Below are positions 8,408 to 25,412 of a stretch of DNA of 64,000 bases, one piece after another. The first letter of the stretch is position 1; every line of letters begins with the position of its first letter. A program made the position numbers and the translations under genes. The notes under the pieces were generated by a model that ran no database searches, was not told the origin of the DNA, and was given only the letters and a program-made list of their open reading frames with translations. Where the stretch lies: sequence record MW057919.1; one strand, 5' to 3'.

Positions 8408-8887
8408 ATGTCGTATAACCTAGGCATTGTCACTCGCAATAAGTCGGCACTGATTGTCACCAATGATTACAAATATGATGAGTTCGTTCTACTAAAACCG
8501 ACCAGTGGTCTCAAGGTAGAAGGTCAGTTGGTGCAATTGGTCTGTATCTGTTTCGGTGACAAGGAAAAGCGTTCTCTGACTCACAAGATCATGACCAATG
8601 CTGAACAAGCAGATTACACCAAGGAAGACATCCTGGCTATGATGAAGGAACACGGTGTAGAACTTCGAGTGATCACTGATAAGGCAGTTCATGTATTTCA
8701 GTACATTCGTGATGTGGCTATCCATGGTGTGGTTGATTCCAATAACACCACCTTCTGGTTCGGCGACACGGAACACCGAAAATTGTTTTATCCGTATTGC
8801 GGTATTGAAGGTAAATCTTTTCATCATGCCCATCGTGATAAAGAATTGTGTCGGGTATTTGAGTTTGTCGCTGTAATCAATTGGTAA
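8408..8887 (+). CDS. Early hypothetical protein
   Basis: 159-aa ORF, SD GAGGA. Confidence 0.85.
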   Translation: MSYNLGIVTRNKSALIVTNDYKYDEFVLLKPTSGLKVEGQLVQLVCICFGDKEKRSLTHKIMTNAEQADYTKEDILAMMKEHGVELRVITDKAVHVFQYIRDVAIHGVVDSNNTTFWFGDTEHRKLFYPYCGIEGKSFHHAHRDKELCRVFEFVAVINW

Positions 8888-8893
8888 CGATAT

Positions 8894-8924
8894 AAATACC
8901 CTCCTTCGGGAGGGTATTTATTTT
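8894..8924 (+). terminator. Rho-independent terminator
   Basis: AAATACCCTCC-TTCG-GGAGGGTATTT followed by ATTTT. Confidence 0.9.
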
Positions 8925-8943
8925 GTGATTAGAGGAATAAAAA

Positions 8944-9087
8944 ATGGTAGGTTATCGTATTATTGCTTTTAATGGTACTCAGTGGGAATCTCCGAGTGGG
9001 TACACCATTCAGCAAGCGGTGAATGAGTTCCTAAAGAAATATGATTTACATGAATTAGATATTCGCAGTATTACCGCATTACACTAA
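8944..9087 (+). CDS. Small protein (47 aa); not in ORF track
   Basis: Manual translation MVGYRIIAFNGTQWESPSGYTIQQAVNEFLKKYDLHELDIRSITALH*; SD GAGGA. Confidence 0.7.
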   Translation: MVGYRIIAFNGTQWESPSGYTIQQAVNEFLKKYDLHELDIRSITALH

Positions 9088-9115
9088 ATCCAATTTTAAA
9101 TAGGAATACGTATTA

Positions 9116-9508
9116 ATGAATTATAATGCAGAGAAATATGCCGCACTGCTAGTTTCAATTGCAGCAAACATTGACACTGTAAATAAACTCACCAAAGAAA
9201 TTTTATCGTCTTCTGATAATAGGGATTTTCTCTATGATGTGCATCAAATGACTGACATGTCCCTCGCCAGTCTTCATACGCATCTAACTAAAGAAGTCGA
9301 AAAGTTGGTAGAAACAATGGATCTAGTTAAAGATGGTCTATATGTCCAGGATGTTGAACTCATTAAGGGTAAGGGAAACTGGCGACATATCGCGGATAAT
9401 GAACCTACCATCAACGCTATTAAAGCACTGCGTAAACACATTGGCGAAATCAGTGCATTAGAAGCTAGAACTGTTGTTAAAGGTTACAAGGCAGGTGTCT
9501 TAAAATAA
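9116..9508 (+). CDS. Early protein with C-terminal ribosomal bL12-CTD-like motif
   Basis: 130 aa; INAIKALRKHIGEISALEARTVVKG resembles the L7/L12 helical hairpin pattern K..IKA.R..TG.GL.EAK..V. Confidence 0.6.
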   Translation: MNYNAEKYAALLVSIAANIDTVNKLTKEILSSSDNRDFLYDVHQMTDMSLASLHTHLTKEVEKLVETMDLVKDGLYVQDVELIKGKGNWRHIADNEPTINAIKALRKHIGEISALEARTVVKGYKAGVLK

Positions 9509-9570
9509 CATCGAATAGTATTAAGTCTATCTTCTAGGAGGTATACTTAATAAATCATGAGGAAAATATA

Positions 9571-9900
9571 ATGTCCAATATGAAAAAATCTAGTTTGAAA
9601 GAATTCTTCGAACATATCACTCAGGCTGATCCATTTAATCCTTATTCCTTCATCTACTCCAGACCTATACAATACATTGGTGAAGATAGCGAGTACGCAC
9701 TACATGTTACGTATGTGCATGGTGCAGCTTACATTGAAGGTCTTGTTGGCCATGAAGGAATCAGAATCAATGTATTCTACAATAAACTCCAAGGTATTCA
9801 ACTTTGGACATACTTTGATAACGAACCTCGTGTTGATTCATGGCCGTATTATCAAGTTGATGCAGCTTTAGAAGAAATCATCCGCCTAACTAAACTATAA
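9571..9900 (+). CDS. Hypothetical protein
   Basis: 109-aa ORF, SD GAGGA. Confidence 0.8.
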   Translation: MSNMKKSSLKEFFEHITQADPFNPYSFIYSRPIQYIGEDSEYALHVTYVHGAAYIEGLVGHEGIRINVFYNKLQGIQLWTYFDNEPRVDSWPYYQVDAALEEIIRLTKL

Positions 9901-9920
9901 ACTCTATTTATAAAAAATAG

Positions 9921-10139
9921 GTGAAGAAAATGATCTATCTGGGATGGTTTACCATTATCTTTGTTACAATGAGTCTGTGTCTGTTTTATGTATTTTGTCA
10001 CCGTAGTATTCGTGAATCACACCCAGGTGTAATAGAAAAACAGACTACTCGAAAAATTGTTATTTGGGCTGGTATTCTATTGGCACTCGCTTACTTAAAT
10101 GAAATCAGCCGAGTTTATATAGAGCAGATGGTAACCTAA
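9921..10139 (+). CDS. Small two-TM membrane protein, paralog A
   Basis: MIYLGWFTIIFV...FCHR...IW.GILL.LAYLNEISRV shared with 12618-12827. Confidence 0.85.
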   Translation: MKKMIYLGWFTIIFVTMSLCLFYVFCHRSIRESHPGVIEKQTTRKIVIWAGILLALAYLNEISRVYIEQMVT

Positions 10140-10196
10140 ATATTCAATAACTCCGAAATAATCAAAACTATTTAATATATCAAAAGGAAACTTTCA

Positions 10197-10484
10197 ATGT
10201 TCGAAACTCAAGTCGCCCTTACTGATGAACTCAAACAGATCTTCGATCAGATGACCAATGAATTCATTCGTGAGAAAGGTTACATTACTTGTGAGTTTTC
10301 CATCCAACAAAAATATCTTGCGGCCGCTCACGATTATGCTTATTTGAAAAACCGTGAACTACCTTCGTATGGAATGTGGCGTATCTTCAAATGCGAGGCA
10401 TGTATCAGCCATAATGTGGATCATCCTTATCATGTCGAAATCGTGGCGCTGGCGGCCATCGATACGAAGGAACACAATATCTAA
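10197..10484 (+). CDS. Hypothetical protein
   Basis: 95-aa ORF, SD AAGGA. Confidence 0.8.
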   Translation: MFETQVALTDELKQIFDQMTNEFIREKGYITCEFSIQQKYLAAAHDYAYLKNRELPSYGMWRIFKCEACISHNVDHPYHVEIVALAAIDTKEHNI

Positions 10485-10534
10485 CAACTGGAAGATATTC
10501 ATAATGTCCAACATACTAAATGTGAGCCCACCGT

Positions 10535-10840
10535 GTGGGAACAAGAGAAGTGATTAACATTAATCATGATCTACCTATCTGGATATTACTACTGTTAAGT
10601 ACAGCTACATCATTCATCTATGCCTTTGTAAAAACCTTTCAACAAAGAAACATCTTTCATGGGTACAAAAAAGCTGCTTTCTTCACCTCATGGGGTATCA
10701 GTACCCTTGAGTTGACCACCATTGGACTATTTGTAATAGTGGGTCTTCCTGCTATCATATCCAGCGGTCTAGGTGGTTCGATAGGCGTCGTGTTGGCAAT
10801 GACGTTCCATGATAAGATTTTTCGTAAAACAACAGAATAG
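10535..10840 (+). CDS. Small multi-pass membrane protein (SMR/DUF5698-like pattern)
   Basis: Three hydrophobic segments, GLGGSIG motif; start codon uncertain. Confidence 0.7.
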   Translation: MGTREVININHDLPIWILLLLSTATSFIYAFVKTFQQRNIFHGYKKAAFFTSWGISTLELTTIGLFVIVGLPAIISSGLGGSIGVVLAMTFHDKIFRKTTE

Positions 10841-10851
10841 GAAAAAACATA

Positions 10852-11190
10852 ATGTCTAGGAAACTTGGAAAGAAACATCCTTGCAATCATCACGAAGATG
10901 CAAAGAAATACGAAACTCGGCTACGTACCGAGAAAGCTGAGTTGGCTAACTGCCGGCTTGGTCAACTGTACTCGGTTCGAATCCTGAATGATAACTGCTT
11001 CTTGCGTAATCGATTCATGTGTCAGGAACAAGATATGTTCGATCCTCTTCGCTTGACCCGTGCTAAACGAGAACGTTATTTCAAAGGGGAGCGTTACTGG
11101 CTAAATGCCGCCGGCGCTAAGTTCATCCGTTCCGATTATGAAAAGAACTGGGCCAAAAACAAACGTAAGGAGATGGCCAATGAGCAGTAG
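10852..11190 (+). CDS. Basic hypothetical protein
   Basis: 112-aa ORF, SD AGGA, Arg/Lys-rich. Confidence 0.8.
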   Translation: MSRKLGKKHPCNHHEDAKKYETRLRTEKAELANCRLGQLYSVRILNDNCFLRNRFMCQEQDMFDPLRLTRAKRERYFKGERYWLNAAGAKFIRSDYEKNWAKNKRKEMANEQ

Positions 11191-11320
11191 TTATAATCCA
11201 CCGGTGGACACCGTTGATGTCCTCCATATCGACTGCGAGTATGAAAAGTTCTCGTTTGGCAAGTTGTTCCAACGAATGATCGATCATTTCGGTGTTCGAA
11301 ACTCAAGGCGTTCTTACTGA
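11180..11320 (+). CDS. Small protein (46 aa)
   Basis: ATG 11180 inside the 11105 ORF; overlaps both neighbours in coupled fashion. Confidence 0.6.
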   Translation: MSSSYNPPVDTVDVLHIDCEYEKFSFGKLFQRMIDHFGVRNSRRSY

Positions 11321-11577
11321 TGAACTCTGACAAACTACGAGGGATACTGACTGACCTCGGTATACTCCCACCTCGCTTTGTTGAGAGCACCGATATCCGT
11401 GTCGGCAACTTCCGATTTCAGCGCTGGAAAACCCAGGTCCTCAAACCTGCTGCTCCTGGTTATCGGAAGTGGATTGACGTGGGTAGGTTAGAATGGGTGG
11501 AGGTTAAATACCACCTCAACAAATTACTTAAAGAGAATAATCTCAATATCCAAGAAGAAAGTAATCGGTCTGGATAA
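11320..11577 (+). CDS. Hypothetical protein, possibly frameshifted (continuation to 11662)
   Basis: 85-aa ORF; the +1 frame from 11561 stays open to TAA 11662 just before a hairpin. Confidence 0.7.
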   Translation: MNSDKLRGILTDLGILPPRFVESTDIRVGNFRFQRWKTQVLKPAAPGYRKWIDVGRLEWVEVKYHLNKLLKENNLNIQEESNRSG

Positions 11578-11723
11578 CCTCCGGAAGCTCCTGTCAGATC
11601 AACTCAACCCGCCACGTCAGTTAACAGACGCTGTACGCGAGAAAAATCTTCACAGCAAGTAACGATATAAGGTCCCTCCCTTCGGGTAGGGGTTGTCTAT
11701 TCATTTCTTAACAGGAAATTCTA

Positions 11724-12059
11724 ATGGAAGACTTCAAAGAAATCGAGATTTACAGTATGACGTTCATCGACCATTCGGAAAATGCTTCTCGTGTAGTGAT
11801 TGCACAGATCACTACTCTGGATGATCGTACTGTTTACGGGGTAATGGAGGTCAATGGTTTCGGCGGTCAGGCCACTACTAATCTGCGTCGGTTCGAACAG
11901 AACCGTCAACACGCTCGTTACTTCTTCACCAAGTCGGTAGCCACTGCTCACGCCGAGGCTTACGTCAAGTACCTGAATGACGACATGGTCGAACAAGACT
12001 ACCTCGATATGAATACCGGCTACAACTACACCGAATTTATGAACATGGTAAATATCTGA
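11724..12059 (+). CDS. Hypothetical protein
   Basis: 111-aa ORF, SD AGGA. Confidence 0.85.
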   Translation: MEDFKEIEIYSMTFIDHSENASRVVIAQITTLDDRTVYGVMEVNGFGGQATTNLRRFEQNRQHARYFFTKSVATAHAEAYVKYLNDDMVEQDYLDMNTGYNYTEFMNMVNI

Positions 12060-12066
12060 GGTCATC

Positions 12067-12621
12067 ATGGACAAAAAATTGAAGGAATTCCAAGCAGTGA
12101 CCCCTGGTGTTGATCGTTTCGTTTACTGTGAGAAGACTGACACCTGGCTTCCGAAGGCTACTCATCCTCTGGATTGTCACCGTAATAAAAACGCGATAAC
12201 AGCATTCGATAAAGCCAACGAAGAAATTCAAGAACGTTGGTTCTACTGGTGCATTGCATGGGAGAAAGCTTCTGTTCGCCCTACAATGGAAACCGAACTC
12301 TGGAAGAACCCGTTCATCTCTGTTGAAGAACGACTGGAGATTGCAGAAGGCGCCATCGCGTTCCGTAACGAGGTCATCAGAAATCTCCAGGGGCGTTTAG
12401 TTTCGCCAACGATTGCCGAGTTCAAACTTAACGACGAAATGGTGGAAGCTATCTTGGATAGCAGTTACACTGTAAAAGATTTCGATCGGAACTCGGAAAC
12501 GGGCGAAGTAGAGCTTCAGTATCAGATTTCCAATAACTTCCACAATCGCGAGTTGGCACGTGATACTGTTCACCGTATCATCAATGCCCTCAAACAACTT
12601 ACCCCGGTGCAACAGCAATGA
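12067..12621 (+). CDS. Hypothetical protein
   Basis: 184-aa ORF, SD GAGG. Confidence 0.85.
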   Translation: MDKKLKEFQAVTPGVDRFVYCEKTDTWLPKATHPLDCHRNKNAITAFDKANEEIQERWFYWCIAWEKASVRPTMETELWKNPFISVEERLEIAEGAIAFRNEVIRNLQGRLVSPTIAEFKLNDEMVEAILDSSYTVKDFDRNSETGEVELQYQISNNFHNRELARDTVHRIINALKQLTPVQQQ

Positions 12622-12827
12622 TCTACCTTGGTTGGTTCACCATCATCTTCGTGGCGATGGGTCTTGGTTTATTCGGTGCTTTCTGTCATCGAATAGTTAA
12701 TTCCACTAATCCTGGATTGGAAGAGAAGCGTACTACACTGAATATCACTATCTGGACAGGTATTCTTCTAGTGCTCGCTTATCTCAATGAAATCAGTCGA
12801 GTCTTTATTGTAGGAGTAGTTACATGA
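12618..12827 (+). CDS. Small two-TM membrane protein, paralog B
   Basis: Clear paralog of 9921-10139; ATGA coupling. Confidence 0.85.
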   Translation: MIYLGWFTIIFVAMGLGLFGAFCHRIVNSTNPGLEEKRTTLNITIWTGILLVLAYLNEISRVFIVGVVT

Positions 12828-13066
12828 CATTACAAGAGCTGCGTGAACTTCTTTATAAAGAAGCTGGTATGGAATTAATCCATGCTAAAATTAAGCAACG
12901 GGCGCTCGCTGGTGATTCAGAGGTAAACTTCGATTACAGCAACGAGAACACGCCAGTTGAAGGGAAGATGAATAATCGTCAAGCGGAAATCCTCCGTAAA
13001 GACGGTTACATTGTTGAATACAATAGTGCCTGTCTCTGGTACGAAGTAAAAGGATGGGATGAATAA
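12824..13066 (+). CDS. Hypothetical protein
   Basis: 80-aa ORF, SD AGGAG. Confidence 0.8.
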   Translation: MTLQELRELLYKEAGMELIHAKIKQRALAGDSEVNFDYSNENTPVEGKMNNRQAEILRKDGYIVEYNSACLWYEVKGWDE

Positions 13067-13332
13067 TGGGACTCCGTTACATGGGTTATTCCGTTAAAGC
13101 AACTGTGACTGACCGTGAAGGCGAGTCGCATATCTTTGACGGCTTTGCCAAGCCTGGCGAGGGTAATTCGGTTTATCCCGGAGCTAATGGTGAAGGTGAT
13201 AAGCGTCTTGCAGCTCGCCGCGCACTGGAAGCCTTCATGGATAGTCCAGTCTTCGAGGAACTAACATCGGATATGTACGATACGTTCGATGTTCGTTTCA
13301 ATTCTCTTGTGCACACTGGAATGCCGGAGTAA
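13066..13332 (+). CDS. Hypothetical protein
   Basis: 88-aa ORF, TAATG coupling. Confidence 0.8.
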   Translation: MGLRYMGYSVKATVTDREGESHIFDGFAKPGEGNSVYPGANGEGDKRLAARRALEAFMDSPVFEELTSDMYDTFDVRFNSLVHTGMPE

Positions 13333-13337
13333 TAAAA

Positions 13338-13775
13338 ATGTCGATGTATACCAAAGACAACGCTGAACTTTACACCCACAAAGAAGATGGTGGTATTTAC
13401 TACTACCATGGCTTGGCTCATGGTACCGGTGATCAACGTGGAGAACTGCTGCACATCTACAGTGATTACTTCACTGACATGATGTACTACCGTAACCACA
13501 CCTGGTCTACTCGGATGGAACGCGTTTCTGCTCCAGGGCTTCGTCTGAGTCGTTCCTTGCATCCACGTCTATGGATCACCACTCTGATCGGTTTGATGAT
13601 CATTATCATTACTCAGGTTGTTTTCGGCACCGAGTTCAATGCAATCACTCTCCAAGAGATTGTCGGTACAGCCGTCGCTGGTGTACTGGCACTGGGTCTT
13701 CCGAGTTTCATCCTGCACCAACTGTACAAGTGGAAGTACAAGAAACCTGTTAAACAGAAGTCCGAAGCGGCATAA
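13338..13775 (+). CDS. DUF1653-like domain fused to two C-terminal TM helices
   Basis: YTHKEDGGIYYYHGLAHGT...LLHIYS...YYR matches the DUF1653 pattern by eye; two hydrophobic segments follow. Confidence 0.6.
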   Translation: MSMYTKDNAELYTHKEDGGIYYYHGLAHGTGDQRGELLHIYSDYFTDMMYYRNHTWSTRMERVSAPGLRLSRSLHPRLWITTLIGLMIIIITQVVFGTEFNAITLQEIVGTAVAGVLALGLPSFILHQLYKWKYKKPVKQKSEAA

Positions 13776-13937
13776 AAGGAAATCCCCATTGGCCGCTAAA
13801 CCAATGGGGTTCCAAACAGTGCATTCGCGACTACACTGTCAGCAGGTGTCGTCCAAGAGAACTGCGGATTAGCTACTTACCCCTCGTGGGCATTTTCACT
13901 AGCAGTATTATAACAACACCGTACGTTCTGAAAAGAT

Positions 13938-13969
13938 TAGCCCTCCTGTGCAACCAGGAGGGCTATATG
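13938..13969 (+). terminator. Hairpin terminator-like element ending TATG
   Basis: TAGCCCTCCTG/CAGGAGGGCTA stem followed by TATG. Confidence 0.7.
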
Positions 13970-14028
13970 TCGTCAAGTTTAAGCTTGACTTTTTGCCCAA
14001 ATGGGCCCACTTGCAGAGGAGACTCCTA

Positions 14029-14295
14029 ATGAAAGTCTTTGAAACAAGTTCCAGACCAGATCCCCACCACGGGTACTTGACTGGTCTAGAGGTAACAGCA
14101 TTCAATGGTAAGCCGATCGTCTATGGGCGAAATGAGCAAATCAAAGTTGCTGTATACGATGGTAAGATGTTCCTTGGTTACATTGGCAATGGTCAGCTTG
14201 TAAACAAGCTTTCCGATGCTAAATGGATTGACGGATCGTCTAACTATCATATTAATTCTAACTCCAGTAATCTTTTGTTCGCTAGAGTTGCTTAA
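14029..14295 (+). CDS. Hypothetical protein (88 aa)
   Basis: ATG 14029 with SD GAGGAG. The longer 13948 GTG start runs through hairpins and is unlikely. Confidence 0.75.
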   Translation: MKVFETSSRPDPHHGYLTGLEVTAFNGKPIVYGRNEQIKVAVYDGKMFLGYIGNGQLVNKLSDAKWIDGSSNYHINSNSSNLLFARVA

Positions 14296-14299
14296 CTTC

Positions 14300-14348
14300 A
14301 AATACCCTCTTCATTGCGAAGAGGGTAACGTATTATTATTTTTTTTTG
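14300..14348. terminator. Terminator between convergent genes
   Basis: TACCCTCTTC/GAAGAGGGTA stem and long T run between the early region and the terminase gene. Confidence 0.8.
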
Positions 14349-14349
14349 T

Positions 14350-16503
14350 TTAATACCAACTATTTCTAGAATATCTGTTAATACGCACTCTACGTGTACG
14401 CTCTGCACGAGCTTGATTTAACATGGCATCAATACCTACACCACTGCTATCATCAATATTAACACGTTTAGACAATTGTTTCAAACGCATTTCTAATTTA
14501 GCTGCAATCATCGGGTTCTTTTCACCGCGAAGCTGCTCAATTATCTCTTCAAATTCTTTGCGACCTTGCTGTTCTTTCTCTTCATGATATTTTTCAAGTT
14601 GACTTGGTTCTTTATCACGTAATTTTGATTTACCTAAGATGGGAACATTGATACCATAATAAGATAAATTCTTACCTTGTATTAATAACCAGTGGGCTAA
14701 TAATAATGATACCACTAAGTCGTCATGGTTCCCCTTAGCATGGTCAATTCTACCATTACGGATAGTAAGTGCTAATAACTCCGTGCTAAGTGGTTTATCA
14801 TAGATGGTCCTTACCCCATAATGCATTGCTGATGGTAATGCCACCTTAAATAGATTGTCACGGGAATACTCACCATTACCTGACGTTGCATAACCAAAAT
14901 AACGTTTAAACCTATCATAGAACGATGGTTGTCTTGCTGATAGTGGAGTTTGAATGTCTCTGAAATCATTTTCTCTTTCTGAAGATTCATTGACAATTCT
15001 GTTAAAGATGCGCCGGAATGGATCGACTCCTTTAGTATGTAGAATCAAGATAACATGGTCGATTAACGATATACCTATTGATTTACGTTCTGGTATCCAA
15101 AGAATATTAGGGTATCTCAATAGCATTGTTGCAAAGAAATTACCCATTGATGGCACTGATGATTCATTGTATCTACCAACGCACATGACCTCATGTGTTT
15201 CTACGTCAACCACAACCACACCAGTGGCGTCATTATCTTCGCCAAGAAGTTCAGATGGGTCAGTACCCATAACGAATCTACCATTCATCATCCTTGAGGC
15301 TACTTCATCTTTTGGTATATACCAACGAAGTGTGTAACCATCATCAGTGATTTCTGTCCAGCTTGGCTCACGCATATTGTTTTTGAGTTTATCTTTCTCA
15401 TCTGACGATAAGGGTGAGCCTTCACCACCAACTGTCCAAATATTGAAGAAGTCCCTATCTGCAATTTCACCAAATGAACCAGATTCACGAAGAGTATTAT
15501 ACAACCATTTATCAGTACGCCCTAATTGACGGTGGTTGAATGCACCGTAAACTAGAGGTTTCTTTCCAGTAGTGCCTTTCTCTACAACACGATGTAGAGT
15601 TTTCTGATCTGGTAGATCAAAGAATTCCTCAGACCATGGACAACCACCTGTTAAGAAGCGATACGCAAACTCACCATCACGGGTAGTAATATTACCAGCT
15701 GTAGTTGTATAGATGTTACCATACGGCTGGTTTTCACGACGAGCTTCATCACGAGCTGCTGATCCAGATGCAAGTGCTACTGGTAGTGAAACTCCGATTA
15801 AGTTAATATAGGCAAGTTCGTCAAAGTGCATATTCGGTACAGTAAGACCACGACCTAACTTATCAGCTGCGTTAACATCATTTCGACCAACAGCTGTTAG
15901 ATACCTATTACCTAGTCTAATACAAGTCATCAATTCAGAGTTATCTGCATCTAATGGATCAGTATAGTGGATATACTCTGGTAACAAATCACGCATTACT
16001 TTTAGACGCTCGATGTTAGCATTGCGTAGTTTGTTATCTTTAGTAATAAGGTTAATCTTAGTGTTCTCACCCCAGATATACATCATACCTGTATTGAGTA
16101 CGTCAGTTGATACAGACTTACCTGTCTGACGAGGTTGTAGTAAACCAAAATCCACATGGTTAAAGTAACACCAGAATAAAGCGATATTACCCCGATTTGC
16201 CTGAAATGGAATTGGATTATTACCTGAGTTGGGTGGAATCCTTGCTACTTCTCTAAAATAATACCAAGGATTATATTTACATTCCATGTTAATACGGAAT
16301 TTCATTTCTTCACTAAGATTAGGGTCATATGGGTCAACTCCAATTAAACCTTGATCTAATATAGCCAATATAAACTTATAATTTTTGATTCCCATCTTTT
16401 TATAAGTCAAGGCTAACTTTATAAAAGATTTATTTTTAGTCGTAAGATCAACATTAGCGCTGTAGTATTTATCCCAATCACTATTGAAAAGTATAACGTC
16501 CAT
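14350..16503 (-). CDS. terL: Terminase large subunit (phiKZ gp25-like)
   Basis: 717 aa; Walker A QPRQTGKS, Walker B MHFDE, nuclease GTDPS and HDDLVVS. Confidence 0.95.
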   Translation of the reverse strand: MDVILFNSDWDKYYSANVDLTTKNKSFIKLALTYKKMGIKNYKFILAILDQGLIGVDPYDPNLSEEMKFRINMECKYNPWYYFREVARIPPNSGNNPIPFQANRGNIALFWCYFNHVDFGLLQPRQTGKSVSTDVLNTGMMYIWGENTKINLITKDNKLRNANIERLKVMRDLLPEYIHYTDPLDADNSELMTCIRLGNRYLTAVGRNDVNAADKLGRGLTVPNMHFDELAYINLIGVSLPVALASGSAARDEARRENQPYGNIYTTTAGNITTRDGEFAYRFLTGGCPWSEEFFDLPDQKTLHRVVEKGTTGKKPLVYGAFNHRQLGRTDKWLYNTLRESGSFGEIADRDFFNIWTVGGEGSPLSSDEKDKLKNNMREPSWTEITDDGYTLRWYIPKDEVASRMMNGRFVMGTDPSELLGEDNDATGVVVVDVETHEVMCVGRYNESSVPSMGNFFATMLLRYPNILWIPERKSIGISLIDHVILILHTKGVDPFRRIFNRIVNESSERENDFRDIQTPLSARQPSFYDRFKRYFGYATSGNGEYSRDNLFKVALPSAMHYGVRTIYDKPLSTELLALTIRNGRIDHAKGNHDDLVVSLLLAHWLLIQGKNLSYYGINVPILGKSKLRDKEPSQLEKYHEEKEQQGRKEFEEIIEQLRGEKNPMIAAKLEMRLKQLSKRVNIDDSSGVGIDAMLNQARAERTRRVRINRYSRNSWY

Positions 16504-16612
16504 ACATTGCCCTTTTAAGGTACTTATTTTAATGTGTCATAATAAAGCCGTGTTAAACGGCAATCGTAAAAGTATAGTCTCATATGGATAATGTGCTAAA
16601 ATGCGTTATAAA

Positions 16613-16637
16613 GCCCCCTAGGCATCACCTAGGGGGC
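16613..16637 (-). terminator. Hairpin terminator after the gp26-like gene
   Basis: GCCCCCTAGG/CCTAGGGGGC inverted repeat. Confidence 0.75.
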
Positions 16638-16643
16638 AATATA

Positions 16644-21974
<5,331 letters not shown>

Positions 21975-22051
21975 TACCGCTACTCCTTAAATGGATAGTA
22001 AAAAATAACTAGTATGGTCAACTATGATTAATATCTATGATTGACTGTTAG

Positions 22052-24190
<2,139 letters not shown>

Positions 24191-24218
24191 GTGGGTGGCT
24201 TTCAGAATGAGGAAAAGT

Positions 24219-25102
<884 letters not shown>

Positions 25103-25103
<1 letters not shown>

Positions 25104-25285
25104 TGGCAAAAGTATATCCGATGGTCCCACCTGGGAAGACTCGCAACCAAGATCAGAACTTTGATATCAATGCATTCTTTTCTCCCGATGTAGTTGCGGC
25201 TGGCAATGGTCTGGTTAGTCAACTTCGGCGAAATGCTCAAACTGAAAAGAATGAGCAGACTGTCGGTACTAACCAAAAAAGCTAA
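25103..25285 (+). CDS. Small hypothetical protein
   Basis: 60 aa, TAATG-coupled to the tube gene, followed by terminator. Confidence 0.7.
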
Positions 25286-25287
25286 AG

Positions 25288-25317
25288 CATATCGCCTCCC
25301 TTCGGGGAGGCTTTATG
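25288..25317 (+). terminator. CATA-hairpin-TATG element
   Basis: CATA-TC-GCCTCCC-TTCG-GGGAGGC-TT-TATG. Confidence 0.8.
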
Positions 25318-25351
25318 TTGTTAAAAACTATGCTAAAAAATAATTAAGATA

Positions 25352-25359
25352 TATATTAC
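25352..25359 (+). promoter_or_regulatory. Early promoter TATATTAC
   Basis: Exact motif preceded by AAAAAATAATTAAGA. Confidence 0.8.
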
Positions 25360-25412
25360 ATGTTTGCTTATTCAATAAGTAAAACTAGATTGTAAATTTT
25401 AGAGAGGTTAAA

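Noticed and set aside
8408-8887. Possible HslV/Ntn-hydrolase-like fold in an early protein
   Set aside because: Only a vague beta-strand pattern; no N-terminal catalytic Thr and no GSG motif.
13618-13872. Track ORFs 13618-13872 and the 13948 extension
   Set aside because: They overlap a real gene or run through hairpins without an RBS; better starts exist or the region is non-coding.
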